From an uncultured Candidatus Cloacimonadota bacterium (lineage in GTDB: Bacteria; Cloacimonadota; Cloacimonadia; Cloacimonadales; TCS61): a DNA stretch of 45,969 bases. The stretch spans positions 1 to 45,969 of the forward strand of contig CAZUGB010000225.1 in the NCBI GenBank assembly GCA_964619925.1, given 5' to 3'. Positions 37,364 to 45,754 of this stretch are shown here, piece after piece. A program made the translations under genes and the position numbers. Numbering within the stretch: the first letter of the stretch is position 1; each line of letters starts with the position of its first letter. A model generated the notes under the pieces. The model searched no databases. It had not been told where the DNA came from and was given only the letters and a program-made list of their open reading frames with translations.

Positions 37364-37906
37364 ATGATTGATAACAAAAGCATTGGGAATTATCTGAAAA
37401 GTTTAAGAGAAGAAAAAGAGCTTACTCTCGAAGAAATTTCTCAAGCCACCAAAATAAAGGTGAAATTTTTGCAAGACATCGAGATGAACAAGTTTGATAA
37501 TCTCGGAGGAGTGGGATACGCAAAGGCAATGAGCTATACATACGGAAGATATCTTAATGCGGATTTGAATCATCTTCTTAAACTTTTAAACAAAAGATTT
37601 CCCGAAACCATTTTACAGGATTTTGACGACGAACCGGAACAAATTCCGAAAAGATACTTTTTTTCCACATCACTTATTCCGATAATAATTGCGGTGATCT
37701 TCTTTATAATTTTCGCTTTTGTGATATTAAAAAACAGCCACAAAAAACAAACTGCGATAATTCCAAGCGTCAAAACGGAACAAACATTAAAAAAATCCGA
37801 ATCGGAAAAGGTAAAAGTTGATGCGGAAGTATTAAAGGATACTACAAACTATTTGGATAAATATCTGTTTAAAAAGAAAAAAAATCCCTTCAAAGCGGAT
37901 GAGTGA
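37364..37906 (+). CDS. RodZ-like helix-turn-helix membrane protein
   Basis: N-terminal XRE-type HTH IGNYLKSLREEKELTLEEISQATKIKVKFLQDIE..F....GYAKAMSYTYGRYL, typical of RodZ, followed by a single TM (LIPIIIAVIFFIIFAFVIL). Confidence 0.75.
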   Translation: MIDNKSIGNYLKSLREEKELTLEEISQATKIKVKFLQDIEMNKFDNLGGVGYAKAMSYTYGRYLNADLNHLLKLLNKRFPETILQDFDDEPEQIPKRYFFSTSLIPIIIAVIFFIIFAFVILKNSHKKQTAIIPSVKTEQTLKKSESEKVKVDAEVLKDTTNYLDKYLFKKKKNPFKADE

Positions 37907-40356
37907 TGAAGTTTGAAAAGGTAAAATATGAAAAATATCTTGTTTCGGTTGAAAATCCCGCTCGATACATAGCAAACGAACCCGGAGCTTATAATAAAAA
38001 AATCTCTTCCGATACAATTAATTTTTGTTTTGCTTTTCCCGATCTTTATGAAGTGGGATTTTCTCATCTCGGAATAAAAATTTTATACTCTATCATAAAT
38101 AACCGAAATGATGCCGTTGCAGATAGAGTGTATGCACCTTGGAGCGATTTCGGAGACATCCTATTAAAAAATAAAATACCCCTGTTCGGTGTGGAAAGTT
38201 CCATTCCCGTAAAAGATTTTGATGTTTTGGGTATCACTTTGCAATCCGAACTTACTTTTACAAACGTTTTATACCTTTTGGAGCTTTCTCAAATATCGAT
38301 TTTTTCAAAAGACAGAACCGAATACGAGCCTATGGTAATAGGAGGAGGTCCGGCAATATCGAATCCCAAACCGATGGCGAAATTTTTTGATGCAATTATG
38401 ATAGGTGATGCCGAAGAGGCGATAATAGAAATCAAAGACACGCTAAAAAAACATAAAAATTCTAATCGGAAAGAAAAATTAGCGGCTTTAAGCAAGATAA
38501 AAGGCTTATATGTTCCACAAATACATAACGATGACGATATTATAAAAAAAAGATATTTTGCAGATTTTAACAATCCCGAATTTATGCACAAAAATCAGCT
38601 GGTTCCATGGTTAAAACCCACACACGAACGCTATGTGATAGAAATTATGCGCGGATGCACAAGGGGTTGCAGGTTTTGTCACGCGGGTATGTTTTATCGT
38701 CCCACAAGAGAAAGAAATCCCGATGTGATTGTGAAAAATCTTTTGGAAAACGTGAAAAATGCCGGTTGGACGGAAGTGGCTCTTACTTCGCTTTCTTCAA
38801 GTGATTACACAAATATAAAACCCTTGCTTTTTACACTTTATGAAGAACTGAAAAAATCCAAAACAAAGATTTCACTACCCTCTCTTCGCGTTGATTCTTT
38901 GGATAACGATATTACAAAACTTTTAAACGCAATGCATCAAACGGGATTAACGATAGCCCCCGAAGCCGGTAGCCAAAGATTAAGAGATATTATCAATAAA
39001 AACATCTCGGAAGAAGAAATTATCAGAGGAATTGATATTGCCCTGAAAAACGGATGGCAAATAATAAAACTCTATTTTATGGTAGGGTTACCTTATGAAG
39101 AAGATAGCGATATTGACGAATTGATTAATCTGGTAAAAAAAATATCCGATTTTTCCAAAAGAAAATTAAAGATAAATATCACGCTATCGCCTTTTGTTCC
39201 CAAACCCTTTACGCCTTTTCAATGGGAAAAAATGTTTGATAAAGATACACTTTTAAGCAGGATTTACAAAATAAAAACTTCTTTAAAACGCTATAAAACG
39301 GTTAAAATAAAATATCATACGATAGAAACATCCATAATAGAAACCATCATCGGCAGAGGCGATATAGATATGGGAGAGCTAATTTATCGGGCATATCGAA
39401 ACGGGGCTGTTTTTGACGGTTGGAAAGAGAAATTCGATTTTAAATATTGGCAAAAAGCCGCGGATTCATTGAATTTTGATATTGAACACGGTTTGGAAAA
39501 TATTCCGTTGGATGCTAAGTTGCCTTGGGACAATATTGATGTGGGAATTGACAAAAAGTTCCTTTTATCCGAATTGGAAAAAGCGAAATTGCAAATAACC
39601 ACGGCTGATTGCCGAACGGACAAATGTACTCTTTGCGGAGTGTGTACATCTCAAATCCGCCCCGATTATACCAAAAAACTTCCCTATCCCGAAATTGAAA
39701 TAGAAAAGCCGATAACAAATACCCAACAACCCAATTTTTATTATAGAATTTTTTATAAAAAAACCGGAAAATTACGCTTTGTTTCTCATCTTGATATGCT
39801 TAGAATGATTCAAAGATTTGTTCGTATCTGTGATATTCCCATAAAATATTCCGGAGGTTATAATATTAGACCGCACATTGCTCTTTCGCCGCCTTTGTCC
39901 ATTGGAATGGAAGGTCTTAATGAATATTTTGATCTTACAATGTATAAAAAAATCAATTTGCAAAACCTGAAAACGGAATTGAAAAAACATTTCGGAAGAA
40001 TTATCGAAATTAACTCGGTGGTTTATTTGCAAGATAAAAAAATGCTTTCCATGGATTACTATCCCAAAGAAAAAATCTCGGTTACATTTCCAAGCGAATA
40101 CAAAAGTGATATTGAAAATAAACTTTTGGCATTTTATAAAGCCGACAAATGGATTTTTGAAAGAACAAGAAAGGGTAAAACAAAACAGCGGGATATGAAA
40201 CCTTTGATTGATTTGATGGAATTTAATAATAACAAATTGCTAATAAAAAAAATGCGAAACGGTCTTTCGGTTTTTGATATTTTGGAACATGTTTTTTTGA
40301 TAAAAAGAGAAGATACAAACGAATTGAAAATAGTAAGAGAAAATTTTATAACATAG
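37903..40356 (+). CDS. Radical SAM protein, B12-binding-like N-domain (TIGR03960-type) fused to DUF2344 (TIGR03936-type) C-domain
   Basis: CX3CX2C cluster motif in IMRGCTRGCRFCHAGMFYRP, preceded by a Rossmann-like VLGITLQSE..GGGPA segment. The C-terminal ~230 aa (FYYRIFYKKTGKLRFVSHLDMLRMIQR..) matches the radical-SAM-associated DUF2344 pattern. The start is the GTG at 37903 or the ATG at 37906. Confidence 0.8.
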   Translation: MMKFEKVKYEKYLVSVENPARYIANEPGAYNKKISSDTINFCFAFPDLYEVGFSHLGIKILYSIINNRNDAVADRVYAPWSDFGDILLKNKIPLFGVESSIPVKDFDVLGITLQSELTFTNVLYLLELSQISIFSKDRTEYEPMVIGGGPAISNPKPMAKFFDAIMIGDAEEAIIEIKDTLKKHKNSNRKEKLAALSKIKGLYVPQIHNDDDIIKKRYFADFNNPEFMHKNQLVPWLKPTHERYVIEIMRGCTRGCRFCHAGMFYRPTRERNPDVIVKNLLENVKNAGWTEVALTSLSSSDYTNIKPLLFTLYEELKKSKTKISLPSLRVDSLDNDITKLLNAMHQTGLTIAPEAGSQRLRDIINKNISEEEIIRGIDIALKNGWQIIKLYFMVGLPYEEDSDIDELINLVKKISDFSKRKLKINITLSPFVPKPFTPFQWEKMFDKDTLLSRIYKIKTSLKRYKTVKIKYHTIETSIIETIIGRGDIDMGELIYRAYRNGAVFDGWKEKFDFKYWQKAADSLNFDIEHGLENIPLDAKLPWDNIDVGIDKKFLLSELEKAKLQITTADCRTDKCTLCGVCTSQIRPDYTKKLPYPEIEIEKPITNTQQPNFYYRIFYKKTGKLRFVSHLDMLRMIQRFVRICDIPIKYSGGYNIRPHIALSPPLSIGMEGLNEYFDLTMYKKINLQNLKTELKKHFGRIIEINSVVYLQDKKMLSMDYYPKEKISVTFPSEYKSDIENKLLAFYKADKWIFERTRKGKTKQRDMKPLIDLMEFNNNKLLIKKMRNGLSVFDILEHVFLIKREDTNELKIVRENFIT

Positions 40357-40372
40357 CAAAATCGGAGAAGAT

Positions 40373-41068
40373 ATGTTTATTTCCGCAATAATAACAGCCG
40401 GAGGTTCAGGGAAAAGATTCGGCTCGTCTATAAAAAAACAGTTTCTTCATTTGTCGGGAAAACCCGTTTTATTCAGAACAATTGATAATTTTTATTTCAA
40501 TAAAAAAATTAATGAAATAATTCTCACATTACCCGCGGATTCAATGGATATAATCAAGGAAATAAAAAGGAACTATCCGAAAAAACCCCTAACTTTTGTT
40601 ACAGGCGGCAAAGAAAGACAAGATTCCGTTTATAACGCTTTGATCAAGTGTAATCCGAATACGCATTACGTATTTATTCACGACGGAGTAAGACCGTTTT
40701 TAACAAACGATGAAATCGAAGATTTGATTATTGATGTTCAAAAGCACAAATGCGTAATATTGGCAAAAAAAATCACGGACACCATTAAATATGTGGAAAA
40801 AGGTAAAATTATCAGAACGGTTGACAGAAATCCTTTGTATGCCGCATTGACACCTCAAGTTTTTGATTATAATCTTATTATGAATTTGCACGAAAAAGCA
40901 AAAGAACAAAATTTACTTTTTACCGACGATGCCGCAATATGTGAACATTACCAAAAAGAAGTATTTATAATGGAAACAAAAAATATTAATATAAAAATTA
41001 CCAAACCCGCCGATTTGATTTTGGCGGAAGAAATTTTTAGAACACGGGAGAATAAAAATGAAGATTAA
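40373..41068 (+). CDS. ispD: 2-C-methyl-D-erythritol 4-phosphate cytidylyltransferase
   Basis: AIITAGGSGKRFG..KQFLHLSGKPVL, ..VFIHDGVRPF.., ..TPQVF... 231 aa. GGAGA RBS. Confidence 0.9.
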   Translation: MFISAIITAGGSGKRFGSSIKKQFLHLSGKPVLFRTIDNFYFNKKINEIILTLPADSMDIIKEIKRNYPKKPLTFVTGGKERQDSVYNALIKCNPNTHYVFIHDGVRPFLTNDEIEDLIIDVQKHKCVILAKKITDTIKYVEKGKIIRTVDRNPLYAALTPQVFDYNLIMNLHEKAKEQNLLFTDDAAICEHYQKEVFIMETKNINIKITKPADLILAEEIFRTRENKNED

Positions 41069-43775
41069 AAATTTATCAAAATTACAAATAAAATTGCCCG
41101 TTCCAATCGTCGGATTGGGTTGCGGAGTATTGGGATTAAGTCTTTCGAAAGTTTCCATAAATTTGGGTAAATATGCCTCGGTGTTATTAAAAGCTTTGGA
41201 ATACAGAGGATACGATTCCACCGGTGCCGTTATTCAAGATGATAAAATGAATATTGATATTCGCAAAGATGTGGGTGCCCCCAGTACATTGGTGAAAACT
41301 TTGGGAATAGAAAAAATGGCGGGCAAAACATTTTGCGGACAAGTAAGATGGGCTACTTTCGGAACCGTTACCAAAAACAATGCACAGCCGCATATCGTGA
41401 AATGCAAAAGGGAAATTTACGGAGCGCATAACGGTAATATTACAAATACAAGAGAGTTAAAACAATTTTTGCAATCCGAAGGTCACAAAGTGGTTTCCGA
41501 CAATGACGGCGAGATGCTTGTTCACACCATAGAGCATTATTTTGATAACGAACTTGATTTGTTTTCCGCCGAAAAACAGAAAGATATCGAAACAAGAAAA
41601 CGTTGTATGCGAAAAGCCATTATAAAAGCTTCCAAAAAAATGGTAGGTTCATATGCCGCCGTGATAGTGGATCCCCTAACGGAATATTCATACGCCATCA
41701 AAGCCGGTAGCAGTTTATATTTCGGCATTGGAACAATAGAAGATGATAACAAAAAATTCGGTTTGGCATCTTCCGATTTGACAGCTATTTTAAAATTCAC
41801 TAAAACACTTGTGAATCTTAAAGAAGGCGAATTTGTGGAATTTAAAAACGATGATTACAAGATTTTTGCCTACAAAAATTTAAAAATAAAACTTCCCAAT
41901 GATAAGTTTTTAACTTTTAAAACGGGAGACGAAATAAAAAGAAAACCCGTTAGATCGAAATTACGAGCGGAAGATACAAAGTTACTTCCACAGTTTGAAT
42001 ACTTTATGCAACAAGAAATACATGCCGAGGTGGAATCGAGCAGAAAACTGATAAAATTATTCAACGGCGGCTCAAATACCGGTAAAAGAATGATAAAATT
42101 TTTAGAAAAAATCGGCATTTTGGATAAAGTAACAAAATTAAACAAAGACATATTGCATTCGGGCGATTATGAAAAGCAAAAAGAATTATTTGAAAAAGCG
42201 ATTAATGAAGATTACAATACACTTTTATTTGAAAAAGCAAAAACCGACTACCCAAAATTATTCGAAGAATTGGTAAAAGAAAATTTTGAGAAAAAATATT
42301 TCTTCTCTTCCGAAAAAAACACATTTATAGATCTTTTGAACACAAATTTCGATAGAAAGAAACTTCTTTTGGCAAAAGCTTTGGATTCGGTTTCCGAGCA
42401 GAAAGATGTAAAAGAATTTAATCAGGCGAAAGATAAATTTTTGGATTTGATAGAAAATACAAAGAAAAAAAACAGAAACATATATACAATTGCATGCGGT
42501 ACTTCTTTTCACGCTTCCAAAGTGGCATCTCTATTTTTTAATGAAATAGCAAACACGGAAATTATTCCCATCCTTCCGGGTGATTTTAGAGGACAATATT
42601 CAAAAACTCTAAAAAATGATGATGTGATAATTGGCGTATCACAAAGCGGTGAAACAAAAGATTTGGTGGATATCTTTAACTATATAGACAGTCTGAATTT
42701 GAAGATAAAAAAAATTGTGTTGGTAAATAATATGAATTCCACACTCGGCCAAGAAAAAAGCGATGTATCCATTCCGATTTATTGTGGTCCCGAGATAGCT
42801 GTTCCGGCTACAAAAAGTTTTATAAATCAAATTACGCTTTTTTATTATCTTGCCGTAATGACTGCAAAACGAGAATTTGACAATTCGGATAAATCGAAAC
42901 AAACCGAAGCAAAAAGGGCAAAACTTGAAAATAGAATAAAATCCGTTTTTGATATTCCGGATTTGATAAAACAAACTATCGATACCACCGAAGACAGTAT
43001 AGAATATGTGGCGCAAAAAATTTATATGGAACCTTCGATGCACATTTTGGCAACCAAAATCACGGGTGTGGCAAAAGAAGGAGCGTTAAAAATACGAGAA
43101 ACCGTTTTGAATCATGCCGAAGGCGGCGAAGCTTCCGAATTTAAACACGGTCCGAATACAATTTTGGGCAAAAATACCGTTTTCGGAATCAAAAACGTAA
43201 AAAGAATGTTCAAAGATTATAACAAAATGATAAGAACGATGTACGAAAAAGCTAATGCTATGAACTTGTCTCTTTTCGAACAACAAAAATTAACTACGGC
43301 TTTTACCGATTATATTTTCAAAAGAATTATGCCTTTTAATTTATCAAAGGAAGCCACAACTCTTTTTAACGAAATAATAAAAGATTATAATTTCTTTGAA
43401 CATGCTTATAGAAATTATCCGCTTATTTATGTGACAGGTCCCGAAGAAAGAGACGTAAATTTAACCATTTCTCAAATCAATACCCACAAAATTCGCGGAG
43501 CCGATACCTTTGTAATCGCCGAAGAAAACGAAAAACTTTTTGAAAATGCGCGAACAAATCCGCACGATGAAGGTTATTACGGCTGGCATTATATTGTTTT
43601 GCCCAAAACAGGCGATTCATTGATGACCGCATTTTCCGCTACGATAGTTTTGCAACTTCTTGCTCTAAAAATGAGTATAAAAAAGATGAATTATCTTGAT
43701 AGATTGGGAATTATAGACCATGGTGTTCATCCCGATGTACCCAAAAACGTTTCCAAATCCATAACCGTGGATTAA
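41058..43775 (+). CDS. glmS: Glutamine--fructose-6-phosphate aminotransferase homologue, atypically long (905 aa)
   Basis: All GlmS landmarks are present: CGV(L)G.., LEYRGYDSTG, VRWATFG, AQPH, AHNGNITN, SDNDGEMLVH, FMQQEIHAEV, TIACGTSFHA, VSQSGETKD, EIAVPATKSF, EGALKIRE..HAEGGEASEFKHGP, C-terminal KSITVD. It also has a 21-aa N-terminal extension and ~115-aa and ~80-aa insertions (see findings). GGGAG RBS 7 nt before the ATG. Confidence 0.8.
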   Translation: MKIKNLSKLQIKLPVPIVGLGCGVLGLSLSKVSINLGKYASVLLKALEYRGYDSTGAVIQDDKMNIDIRKDVGAPSTLVKTLGIEKMAGKTFCGQVRWATFGTVTKNNAQPHIVKCKREIYGAHNGNITNTRELKQFLQSEGHKVVSDNDGEMLVHTIEHYFDNELDLFSAEKQKDIETRKRCMRKAIIKASKKMVGSYAAVIVDPLTEYSYAIKAGSSLYFGIGTIEDDNKKFGLASSDLTAILKFTKTLVNLKEGEFVEFKNDDYKIFAYKNLKIKLPNDKFLTFKTGDEIKRKPVRSKLRAEDTKLLPQFEYFMQQEIHAEVESSRKLIKLFNGGSNTGKRMIKFLEKIGILDKVTKLNKDILHSGDYEKQKELFEKAINEDYNTLLFEKAKTDYPKLFEELVKENFEKKYFFSSEKNTFIDLLNTNFDRKKLLLAKALDSVSEQKDVKEFNQAKDKFLDLIENTKKKNRNIYTIACGTSFHASKVASLFFNEIANTEIIPILPGDFRGQYSKTLKNDDVIIGVSQSGETKDLVDIFNYIDSLNLKIKKIVLVNNMNSTLGQEKSDVSIPIYCGPEIAVPATKSFINQITLFYYLAVMTAKREFDNSDKSKQTEAKRAKLENRIKSVFDIPDLIKQTIDTTEDSIEYVAQKIYMEPSMHILATKITGVAKEGALKIRETVLNHAEGGEASEFKHGPNTILGKNTVFGIKNVKRMFKDYNKMIRTMYEKANAMNLSLFEQQKLTTAFTDYIFKRIMPFNLSKEATTLFNEIIKDYNFFEHAYRNYPLIYVTGPEERDVNLTISQINTHKIRGADTFVIAEENEKLFENARTNPHDEGYYGWHYIVLPKTGDSLMTAFSATIVLQLLALKMSIKKMNYLDRLGIIDHGVHPDVPKNVSKSITVD

Positions 43776-43778
43776 AGC

Positions 43779-45044
43779 ATGAAAGAAGAAAAATACTTTT
43801 TCAAATGTACAAATTGCGGTAAAGAATATCATAATACGAACTTTATGTATCTTTGCCCCGATTGTGCCAAAAATAATACGCAGGATAAACCGCCCGAAGG
43901 TGTATTATCGGTGATTTATAACTACAAAAAATTAAAATCCCTATACAAAAAAGAGAAGTTATTTGATAAATTGCGAAAAAATGAATATGTAAAATTGCTT
44001 CCTATCCAATCGGAAAGAAGTTTATCGTATCTCAAAGTGGGTAAAACGCCGCTTTATCGGATAGGCAAGATAAAAAATATTAATTTGCCGTTTGAACTTT
44101 ATCTAAAAGATGATTCTCAAAATCCCACATTTTCGTTTAAAGACAGAGCTTCGGAGCTAGTTTCCGCTTATGCAAAAGAAAACGGAATAGATACGATTGT
44201 AGCGGCATCAACGGGAAATGCCGGTTCGTCGTTAGCGGGAATTTGTGCATCTCAAAATCAACGGGCTATAATATTTGTTCCCGCTTCCGCACCGCTTGCC
44301 AAACTCACGCAGATTTTAATGTATGGGGCGCAACTTGTTCCCATAGACGGTAGTTATGACGATGCTTTTGATATAAGCATCCAAGCAACGGAGCATTTCG
44401 GCTGGTTCAATAGAAATACCGCATACAACCCTTTTACTATTGAAGGGAAGAAAACGGTGTCTTATGAGCTTTATCGTCAATTAAATTGGCAAGCACCGGA
44501 CAGAGTGTTTGTTCCGGTTGGTGACGGTGTGATTATTTCGGGTGTTTATAAGGGTTTTTATGATTTGTTGCAATTGGGAATAATAGATAAAATGCCGCAA
44601 GTTATCGCCGTTCAATCACAAGGTAGCTCAAATATTGTAGATAATCTTGATAGAGAAGATTTTGCGTATGAAAAATCCGATACAATAGCGGATTCCATAG
44701 CTGTGGATATTCCCAGAAATTTCCATATGGCAAAAAAATATTTAAAAAAATACAACGGTGAAGGCATCAAAGTGAGCGATGAAGATATTTTAACAGCTTC
44801 CAAAATTCTATCGGAAAATACGGGAATTTTTTCCGAACCTGCCGCTTCCGCCGCTTTTGCCGGATTTTTATCTTATTTTAATAACGGCAAAATCGAAGAA
44901 AATACCAAAAATGTAGTGTTACTTACCGGTAGCGGACTAAAAGATCTTAATGCGGTTCAAAAAATTATTACCATGCCCCCCAAAATAAAACCCGTTTTCG
45001 AAGAATTACAAAAATTTTATGATTCATTCATCAAAAATCAATAA
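43779..45044 (+). CDS. thrC: Threonine synthase (PLP-dependent, with N-terminal zinc-ribbon)
   Basis: N-terminal CxxC..CxxC (FKCTNCGK..YLCPDCAK). PLP-lysine motif PTFSFKDRA, ASTGNAGSS. 421 aa. Threonine synthase and close paralogues (e.g. cysteate synthase) cannot be separated by eye. Confidence 0.75.
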   Translation: MKEEKYFFKCTNCGKEYHNTNFMYLCPDCAKNNTQDKPPEGVLSVIYNYKKLKSLYKKEKLFDKLRKNEYVKLLPIQSERSLSYLKVGKTPLYRIGKIKNINLPFELYLKDDSQNPTFSFKDRASELVSAYAKENGIDTIVAASTGNAGSSLAGICASQNQRAIIFVPASAPLAKLTQILMYGAQLVPIDGSYDDAFDISIQATEHFGWFNRNTAYNPFTIEGKKTVSYELYRQLNWQAPDRVFVPVGDGVIISGVYKGFYDLLQLGIIDKMPQVIAVQSQGSSNIVDNLDREDFAYEKSDTIADSIAVDIPRNFHMAKKYLKKYNGEGIKVSDEDILTASKILSENTGIFSEPAASAAFAGFLSYFNNGKIEENTKNVVLLTGSGLKDLNAVQKIITMPPKIKPVFEELQKFYDSFIKNQ

Positions 45045-45726
45045 ACTGATAGATGCTTTATCGGATTTTACAAAACAGGATATTATCAAGATAGAAACAA
45101 ACGATCCTCAATTTTTAGCTTTGAAAAAACTTTATAAAAAGATAGAAAATCCCGATAAATTTATCAAGTTGGTGATAATAAATGCTCTTTTGTCATACCA
45201 ATTGCAAACAACCGGCGAAATATATTGGGAAAATTTTTCCTTATTTTTTTCCGATAGCTCCAAAGAACCGAATGATTTTTACGATTTTATATCACTTTAT
45301 AACAAACGCCTTATTAACTTACGAAAGAAACGATTGGCTAAAATTCTAAATTGCACTGAAAATTTAAATGATAATTTTTTTCACTCGGCAAAATCGGATT
45401 TAACCATGTTGCAAAAATATTTATGCAATTGTTTAAAACAAAAACCCGATGCCAAGACAATAGTGTTTTCATTAAAAATGTATTTGTATGCAACGGATAT
45501 AATCGAAAACAAACATCATTTCTCTCCATTCGGAATAATGATTCCCATGGACTCGCGTATAAAAAAAATCTCATCGGATAAAAATTTTTGGTATTCTCTC
45601 GAAAAGAAAACTTCCATACCGCTTTTGCATATCGATTCCATATTGTGGATGAGTTTAAGCGGTCATTTTAATATCTCGGATAAAAAGATAGAAAAAGTAA
45701 AAACGATTTTGCTAGATGTTATTTAA
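45019..45726 (+). CDS. AGOG-type N-glycosylase/DNA lyase (archaeal-type 8-oxoguanine DNA glycosylase family)
   Basis: Blocks ETNDPQFLALKKL, INALLSYQLQTTGEIYWENFSLFFS, RKKRLAKI, AKTIVFSLKMYLYA, IMIPMDSRIKKI and IPLLHIDSILWMS align with my recollection of Pyrobaculum AGOG (PF09171). Overlaps the thrC 3' end by 26 nt. Confidence 0.7.
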   Translation: MIHSSKINKLIDALSDFTKQDIIKIETNDPQFLALKKLYKKIENPDKFIKLVIINALLSYQLQTTGEIYWENFSLFFSDSSKEPNDFYDFISLYNKRLINLRKKRLAKILNCTENLNDNFFHSAKSDLTMLQKYLCNCLKQKPDAKTIVFSLKMYLYATDIIENKHHFSPFGIMIPMDSRIKKISSDKNFWYSLEKKTSIPLLHIDSILWMSLSGHFNISDKKIEKVKTILLDVI

Positions 45727-45754
45727 TAACAACCGGTTTGCGGGGATATATAAA

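Noticed and set aside
41058-41123. An alternative start that would give the GlmS homologue a canonical M-C N-terminus, and a glmS ribozyme upstream.
   Set aside because: The codon before TGC is GGT, and the nearest in-frame TTG would give M-G-C. There is no non-coding space for a ribozyme because the gene overlaps ispD.
798-45574. All remaining 60-156-aa ORFs in the track that lie antisense or out of frame within the long CDSs (e.g. 798-1088, 3261-3533, 6865-7182, 14548-14997, 34989-35459, 42639-43043).
   Set aside because: These are shadow ORFs of strongly supported genes. Their products are low-complexity (F/I/L/S/C-rich), and they have no RBS, no motifs and no free coding space.
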